DNA of 42,767 nt from positions 1-42,767 of the forward strand of contig JAUCBJ010006739.1 in assembly GCA_032718475.1 (NCBI GenBank), in the 5' to 3' direction. This document shows positions 36,496-42,767 of this stretch, one piece after another. The translations under genes were made by a program, and so were the position numbers. Below the pieces are notes generated by a model. It was not told the origin of the DNA, ran no database searches, and saw only the letters and a list, made by a program, of their open reading frames with translations. Each line of letters begins with the position of its first letter. Within the stretch, counting starts at the first letter, position 1. Origin of the DNA: Nemertoderma westbladi (Eukaryota > Animalia > Xenacoelomorpha).

Positions 36496-37422
36496 GTTTA
36501 TGCGATTATTCGCAACATTCATGTCCCCAAGTTTATTCCTACAGTAATTGTGCTTGTTATACATACCGTTATAGTTAAATTAACCCCGGTACTACACGGG
36601 CTGCTTGGCGTAGGACAAGACTGGTGACGTTGTGCTCTGGTCACTCCAGCAGATGCCGTGGTTCTTTTAACTGTTCAAGTATATTTAACTACTGATTATT
36701 TGTTATACCGGTACTTGTACCTAATTTAGGGTTTAGCGTACAGTGCTTCCGAGAGTAATTAGTGTGTAGGCAGTATATTTGTGTTGTAAAGTGGTTGATA
36801 GGCACATTCGTTAGCTCTATTAACTTCTGGGTAGGAACACTCCGTGATACATAACGTAGTACCTATAGCGATACGGTTATAGGTCGTCAGGCGGTGGTAT
36901 TTTCCTATCTGGACAGTGCAATATATTTACTACTACTTATTATTTCAAATACCGTAGTACCCTGTCCGTTGTAATAACCAGAAATCTAACCCTTTGTTAG
37001 GCTGGTTTGTAGACTTCCTGTAAAATTACCCTAAAAAATTCGTACGTAATATTTTTGTTGTGTTTAATTAGAGATTTAATCTCACCCATATCGTAAGTAA
37101 TTTGTAGTATTAAGTAACTTAGGTAAATTAGAATTATCAGTTTTAGTGTCTCAACAAGTAACACTTCACTGAGAGCGCACAGCTTCTGTGTAGTGACTCC
37201 CCCAGAAATAATAACATTTATTTCAAATATTGACAAAACCCATTTAAACGGGTATATATCTATTATAAATCAACTCAAACGATTTATAAATAGTAGGCCT
37301 GCCATACAATAACTAGGTCTTAATATCAGTTGAACTACTGCTTAAATAACGGTAATAAAGTAAGTTAAAGTATCCAAGTAACCCTAAAATATTCAGAAAT
37401 TCAATTATTCTAAAAATAATTG

Positions 37423-37670
37423 ACATACCGGTATTTACCATAGGCTTATTATATTTATCTCTATAAATTTGAGCTGAAATCATACCGGTACTCTGTAATT
37501 AATCTAGTCTGTAATTATACTTATATATACTATAAGTGTAAGCTGTATACCGGTATTCACTATAGGCCTACTATATATTTATATATATTTGTGCTAAAAT
37601 TATATACCGGTACTCTGTGACAAATCTAGTCTGTAATAATACTTATATATATTATAAGCATACCGGTATT
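37423..37670. repeat. ~122-bp two-copy duplication just upstream of gag
   Basis: taccggtatt.ac.ataggc.ta...taccggtactctgt...aatctagtctgtaat.atacttatatata at 37426 and 37548. Confidence 0.85.
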
Positions 37671-37806
37671 CTAATATATTGTATATATATCACGTTACAC
37701 CGAGTAACGGTATCGGTAATAAATCGCTAGGCTTGCGGTCATACTGAATTACCAGACTTGCTTTAACTGAAACTATAGTAGTAGACATTCAACTGTATAG
37801 CTAAAC

Positions 37807-40800
37807 ATGTCTGACACTCAGCAAAACCTGTCAGACAGTCTGATCGATACAACTATCTGTGACTCAGATAGGAGTGTGGAGCGATTAAGAAAGGAGTTCA
37901 GCTCACCTCCTACTGCAAAAAAGGTCATCCCTCCAGTAGTATCAGACCCTAGGCTAATCCACCATAGGTCCATCATAGGCACTCGGGCACAGGTCAAACG
38001 GAACCAAGAGGCAGTTATCCCATCGCAGCAACATCTTGGTCAAGAACCTACTTCCCAGCGACCCGATAGCTCCAGCAGTTCGGATACTGTAGAGCTGACC
38101 CCCGAACGCGGAGTGCAGATGGCTGCTACAGTCTACTCGGACCCCCTTCTTACCCTTCCTGCTGCAGTGCTAACTACTATATTCATTGCGGTGGAGGAAC
38201 ATCAAGCCGACTGGGCGAGGAATAAGCGAGCGACCCAAGATAATTATGCGGGATACGCCAGGGAAGAATTAATGTCTATTGTCGAGTCACAATGGAACTT
38301 TCCCGGACTCGGACTCCCGTTGGATCTGTCCGAGGCTACTTGGGAAGATATACACAGGATGGGAGTGGCAAAAGATACAATGGATCCAGCTGTTTGGAAG
38401 AGGTCGGCAGCAGGATATGTGCAGGGATTCTTAGGCTCCTTGGAGCGATTGGAAGAACAACTGTTTCGACAACCTCAAGGACCTCAAGAGCAGGAAGAGC
38501 TGCTATACCAAATACGCGAAAGAACCCTACGCATACGACTAATCCTCTCAGCATTTGAGGAAACTTCCAAAAGAAGACAGGACACGTCGCTGCAGGTTGC
38601 TGTCAAAACTTGGTTACATCGGGTAGATCTTAAAGTACAGGAAACGGCCCAGTGGAAATCCCAGCTGGCTGAGAGATCAACCTATGAAGAACAAACTGAT
38701 ATCACCCTTTCTCAAGCGGAAAGCGAAGAGACCGCCGAGAAACCGCGAACTAGAGACGCTATCGACATTTATTTGTCCGACTATCAGCGATTCCTAGGAG
38801 ACGAAGAGTTGAGGAGACGGCTGTCTGGACTTTCCCCTAATAGTGAAGGAACCAAGCTTGTGTTGGACTCAATCGATGCGGAAATGTTAGCTGCAAACCA
38901 AGCTGAATGTGATGAAAAACTCCGCCTCACTAGAGTCCGAGAAGAACAAGTAAAGAAAGAATGGATAGAGAAAAGAAAGGTGGCAGCAGCAGCGGCAGCA
39001 GAAGCAGAAGCCGAAAGAAAAGCGGCAGAAGCAGAAGCCGAAAGAAAGTCGGCAGAAGCAGAAGCCGAAAGAAAAGCGGCAGAAGCAGAAGCCGAAAGAA
39101 AGTCGGCAAAAGCAGAAGCCGAAAGAAAGGCGGCAGAAGCAGAAGCAGAAGCCGAAAGAAAGGCAGCAGAAGCAGAAGCGGAAAGAAAAGCAGCAGTGGC
39201 AGAAGCAGAAGCAGAAGCCGAAAGAAAGGCGGCAGAAGCAGAAGCAGAAAGAAAAGCAGCAGTGGCAGAAGCAGAACGTAGAGCTTCTGAGGAGACTATC
39301 CAATTGGAGTTGGAAAATCTGCAAGAGACGCAAGACAGTATAAATAAACAGTTTACTGCTAATCAAATGCAGATGATGAGAAAATCTACTCCCAAGCGCC
39401 AGGGATACACATCCTCGGAGGAAGGCGAGACTACCGATCCTGAAGGCGGAGGAAATAGATCTCATCTAAGTAGGCGTAGAAAAACATCTTATCGTCGCAA
39501 ATTGCCTGATTTGCCCCCAGCTGTTAGAAGACAGCTAGCTAGCACAGACTTGAGTAGTATAGAACCTACAGCCCAAAGTATTAAGGTCCAAAGACTCTCT
39601 ACAATAGTTGATGAGCCTGAGATAATTAGGCCAGTCGTTCCCAAAGTCACTTCTGTGTTAGAGACCCCTGTACTTCCAGAGCTTAACTCTAAATTCCCTT
39701 TACATAGTACTACACTGCCTGTACCCGGTGGAACAGTCCAAGAGAATATCCCTGTCCAGATAGCAGAGAGAGAAATCAAAAATTTGTCTCCCGTCGTCCC
39801 GCGTCAGCCCGCTACTATGTTGGCGACTCCCGCTTCGGCGGTTGAGTGGGTGGAAGAGGGACGGCGGGGGATGAATCTCCTGCTAGGACAGATGCAGGAG
39901 ACTGTCCACCAACTTAAGGGAACAGTGAGGGAAGGTAGAGCAGAGTTGCAAGAAGTGCAGCAAAGTATCGCGCTAGAACGCGACAAATTAGTCAATATAC
40001 AAAAGGGCATACCAATACCCCCTGTAACATTGTGTCAGCCTGTTAGGTCTGAAGTATTACATGCGCAAGGTGTGGAGCCTACACGCATCTATACTGCTAG
40101 TGAAGTTGAAACTCCTATAGCAAACCCTATTAAGGGTGATTATAGACCTGTTATTAATGATATTCCCTATAGACCTGATAATGATCCGAGAAATTTATAT
40201 ACCGATAATGCGATATTAAATAACACGATAGCCCAAGAAAGCTTTACGCGTCAGATGGCTAGAACAGAAGCCCGCCAAGCGGTCAAAGTGGGAGAGATCG
40301 TCAAATTCAATGGAGATGAGATGAAATGGTTACCTTTCAACGAATATTACAAAGATAGCATACAGAACTCTGTACTATCTAACGGAGAGAAACTTAGATT
40401 CCTCATCAAGTGCTTGGAAGGACCTCCCAAGTTAATGGCGTTAAAGTTTATTGGACATCCAGATGGATTAAGACAAGTTTGGGATACATTAAACATCAGG
40501 TATGGTAACAAGGATAACATAGCTAAGTATTTGTATGCAAAATTAGTAGCCCCCCGACACTTCCTTAGTAGCGGGATTATAGAGTTTTCCGATGAAATTC
40601 AAGAGATCTGTAGACAACTGGACTGGTTAGGTAAGTCGCATGAATATCAGAGTTCCATGGTTATTGGAGCAGTAGTCTCTACTTTACCAAAGGGTGGAGT
40701 ATGTACACGCTGGGACAAGAAAGTGTTGTACATGAATGAACAACAACGACGAAGTCCTACCATGGCTGATCTCATGTCTTTCTTAGATGGTGAAGTAAAA

Positions 40801-41442
40801 CTACAACTCATCAAGCAGTCCAGAGAGAAAACATCGGAAAATAAGGTAAGTGAGAAACCCACTTCTAGGAGAAGAGTAACACCGGTGTGTTACACTGACG
40901 ACGGCGAAAGCCAAGCTTCCCAAGAAGAGGACAGCGGGAAAGACACAGACCGATTTTATTATGTTGACAAAACCTCAAAGGACGTAAGTAAATACAAGGC
41001 TCGAAACAACGATAGGAGAGAACAGGTTGCCAAGACCCCTCCTCAGTCTCCTAACAGAACGCACCGAAGAAAACCCGAAGAAAAAACGAGAGTGCATCAA
41101 GTTAACCAAGGTAAAGTGAGTAACATCAAACCTAACTGTGCGCTGTGCGACGGGACCCACCGTTTGAGTGCGTGTGCTGAATTTCTAAAGAAATCCCTTG
41201 TAGACAGACGTACAGTCGTGTGGGACAAGCGGTTATGCTATAATTGCCTCAGACCAGGACATCAACGGCGAACCTGTTACTCAGACATAAAGTGTGCAAA
41301 GTGTGGCGCGAAACATCACATCTTGTTACACAGTGAGTTCGAACGAGACAAACAGAGTCAGGTAAGTGAGCCCGAACTACATGTCCAATTTAGTGACGTA
41401 AATGACACTGATCAAGAGTCTGAGATGGGTATTCTATACTGA
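37807..41442 (+). CDS. gag: BEL/Pao Gag (1211 aa) with long N-terminal extension
   Basis: IVKFNGDEMKWLPFNEYY...LSNGEKLRFLIKCLEG...RYG (DUF1759-like). Knuckles CALCDGTHRLSAC, CYNCLRPGHQRRTC, CAKCGAKHHILLH, typical of BEL/Pao. Confidence 0.9.
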   Translation: MSDTQQNLSDSLIDTTICDSDRSVERLRKEFSSPPTAKKVIPPVVSDPRLIHHRSIIGTRAQVKRNQEAVIPSQQHLGQEPTSQRPDSSSSSDTVELTPERGVQMAATVYSDPLLTLPAAVLTTIFIAVEEHQADWARNKRATQDNYAGYAREELMSIVESQWNFPGLGLPLDLSEATWEDIHRMGVAKDTMDPAVWKRSAAGYVQGFLGSLERLEEQLFRQPQGPQEQEELLYQIRERTLRIRLILSAFEETSKRRQDTSLQVAVKTWLHRVDLKVQETAQWKSQLAERSTYEEQTDITLSQAESEETAEKPRTRDAIDIYLSDYQRFLGDEELRRRLSGLSPNSEGTKLVLDSIDAEMLAANQAECDEKLRLTRVREEQVKKEWIEKRKVAAAAAAEAEAERKAAEAEAERKSAEAEAERKAAEAEAERKSAKAEAERKAAEAEAEAERKAAEAEAERKAAVAEAEAEAERKAAEAEAERKAAVAEAERRASEETIQLELENLQETQDSINKQFTANQMQMMRKSTPKRQGYTSSEEGETTDPEGGGNRSHLSRRRKTSYRRKLPDLPPAVRRQLASTDLSSIEPTAQSIKVQRLSTIVDEPEIIRPVVPKVTSVLETPVLPELNSKFPLHSTTLPVPGGTVQENIPVQIAEREIKNLSPVVPRQPATMLATPASAVEWVEEGRRGMNLLLGQMQETVHQLKGTVREGRAELQEVQQSIALERDKLVNIQKGIPIPPVTLCQPVRSEVLHAQGVEPTRIYTASEVETPIANPIKGDYRPVINDIPYRPDNDPRNLYTDNAILNNTIAQESFTRQMARTEARQAVKVGEIVKFNGDEMKWLPFNEYYKDSIQNSVLSNGEKLRFLIKCLEGPPKLMALKFIGHPDGLRQVWDTLNIRYGNKDNIAKYLYAKLVAPRHFLSSGIIEFSDEIQEICRQLDWLGKSHEYQSSMVIGAVVSTLPKGGVCTRWDKKVLYMNEQQRRSPTMADLMSFLDGEVKLQLIKQSREKTSENKVSEKPTSRRRVTPVCYTDDGESQASQEEDSGKDTDRFYYVDKTSKDVSKYKARNNDRREQVAKTPPQSPNRTHRRKPEEKTRVHQVNQGKVSNIKPNCALCDGTHRLSACAEFLKKSLVDRRTVVWDKRLCYNCLRPGHQRRTCYSDIKCAKCGAKHHILLHSEFERDKQSQVSEPELHVQFSDVNDTDQESEMGILY
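38983..39280 (+). repeat. 27-bp coding repeat encoding AEAEAERKA
   Basis: gcagaagcagaagccgaaagaaaagcg units (~10) within gag. Confidence 0.9.
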
Positions 41443-42767
41443 CGAATTCTCCGACGCCAATGAATCCTGTTATCTAATAAACACCGCGGTGTATCGAGCA
41501 CTTACTTACGAAAGGGACATCAACGATGAGTTTCCCCAAACTACTTTCGCCAAACAACCATCTTGGAAAGCTCCAGCTTCCAACGTAGGAATCAGAGAAT
41601 TTCCTGTAGTTCAGGTAAGAGTTCACGGTCTTAACAAAAGCTACATAGTGAACGCCCTCCTGGACTCCGGCAGCACAGGAACATTCATCGATCAAGAACT
41701 AGCCGAAGATATCTTTGCTGGACAACCCAAGTTCCGGACTAAATTGAATATGTCAGGAATTATGCAGGTTTGGAAATCTACCCTAACGGCAGATTACTAT
41801 GTAGGTGTGTTGTCCACCCCCCAGGATAAGTTAGGAACACAAGGTATAAGGTCAGTAAAAATGGTGGCTATAAAGAACTTTGCTACTACTCAAGCAGACC
41901 TTTATAATTGGGACGAAGATGAGAGCGTCCAACATCTTAAGATACCTCGATTCCAGACAGATTATCCTGGAGTGCAAATACTTATCGGCCAAAACGCGCA
42001 CGAGGCGCTCGAAACATTAGAGAAACGGCCTGCTCAACCACAACCACTGCAAACCTATGCGGTAAGAACTAGAGTAGGTTGGTACTTTACTGGCCCTTCC
42101 CGTAGAACTCTCGAAGAGAGAATGCCACACGAACAAATATATCAAGTAAACGATTGGGAAGTGGAAAGCAGTGAGGTGGACGAACTAACTGAGGGAACGC
42201 CATACTCCTCAGATAATGACGACATCTACCAACTCTTCGAAGAAGAGAACACAATTGACCTACTTACAGAGAATCAAACTTGGAAAAACCAAACGAACCT
42301 ATGTCAACTGATTCGCCCAACGGAATCCATTATTTATAATGACGAACTTAATGACGAGGTAGAGCGCTACAACGCTAGAACTCGGGACGAACTCGCCGTA
42401 CGATTCTTTACCCAAGAATTAGTAGAACCCAATTCATACGACAAAGCCCTGTCGATAGAAGAAGAAAGAGCCAAGCAAATCCAGGAAACAACCACACGTT
42501 TTTTAAAAGATCAAGGTAGATATGAAATCGGACTACCCTTCCGAAAACGTGAACCCAGATTTATAAATAACAGACCCTTGGCTGAGAAAAGAATCAATCA
42601 ATTACATCGACGTCTTACGGCAAACGCTTCAGCTAAGGAAATGTACCAAACTCAGTTGAAGAAATTTATCACAAAGGGATATGCGGAGCGAGTACCGGAA
42701 GGAACTCCAATAACTGAAAGGACTTATTATCTAACACATCACTACGTTCCCAAACCCGGTAAACCCC
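41402..42767 (+). CDS. pol: BEL/Pao Pol (protease + start of RT), +1 frame relative to gag, truncated by window end; absent from the ORF track
   Basis: Read by hand: open from ATG 41402 to the window end; NALLDSGSTGTFI, VQILIGQN, AVRTRVGWYFTGP, GRYEIGLPF, KGYAERV, YYLTHHYVPKPGKP. Confidence 0.9.
   Translation, partial: MTLIKSLRWVFYTDEFSDANESCYLINTAVYRALTYERDINDEFPQTTFAKQPSWKAPASNVGIREFPVVQVRVHGLNKSYIVNALLDSGSTGTFIDQELAEDIFAGQPKFRTKLNMSGIMQVWKSTLTADYYVGVLSTPQDKLGTQGIRSVKMVAIKNFATTQADLYNWDEDESVQHLKIPRFQTDYPGVQILIGQNAHEALETLEKRPAQPQPLQTYAVRTRVGWYFTGPSRRTLEERMPHEQIYQVNDWEVESSEVDELTEGTPYSSDNDDIYQLFEEENTIDLLTENQTWKNQTNLCQLIRPTESIIYNDELNDEVERYNARTRDELAVRFFTQELVEPNSYDKALSIEEERAKQIQETTTRFLKDQGRYEIGLPFRKREPRFINNRPLAEKRINQLHRRLTANASAKEMYQTQLKKFITKGYAERVPEGTPITERTYYLTHHYVPKPGKP

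Larger units (their letters stand above)
34362..42767 (+). mobile_element. BEL/Pao LTR retrotransposon (5' part; continues beyond window)
   Basis: Gag with DUF1759-type motif and triple zinc knuckle, aspartic protease and start of a BEL-type RT. The 5' boundary is inferred from loss of LINE coding and a TGT start (34362, alternatively 34350). Confidence 0.85.

Noticed and set aside
38961-39281. SR-protein-like RS-rich ORF
   Set aside because: Alternative frame of the 27-bp gag repeat; no RRM or independent support.

Overview
Eukaryotic, AT-rich, repeat-laden genomic DNA, probably from an invertebrate animal (species not determinable from the sequence). Two host genes lie on the minus strand. 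One is an intronless mitochondrial BolA3-type gene (7054-7506). The other is the 3' part of a multi-C2H2 zinc-finger gene whose two visible exons (31062-30622 and 11571-11248) join in phase 0 across a 19,050-bp GT-AG intron that cuts one finger in half (CMYCAK|VFSGKMALMQHHKVVH). About 18.3 kb of that intron is a 34-bp satellite (~535 units) running up to the 3' splice site. On the gene's sense strand the unit resembles a branch point plus polypyrimidine tract with no AG and no AATAAA; the antisense strand has AATAAA and GTAAGT/GTAGGT in most units. The long hydrophobic ORFs over 11.5-29.8 kb are artefacts of this satellite. Upstream of the zinc-finger exon, in antisense, is a 5'-truncated APE-RT LINE interrupted near its 3' end by a BEL/Pao LTR retrotransposon (long leader, 1211-aa Gag, pol in the +1 frame, cut by the window end). 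The first 10 kb holds a foldback-type element with an 8-bp TSD, other palindromic non-autonomous elements and minisatellites.
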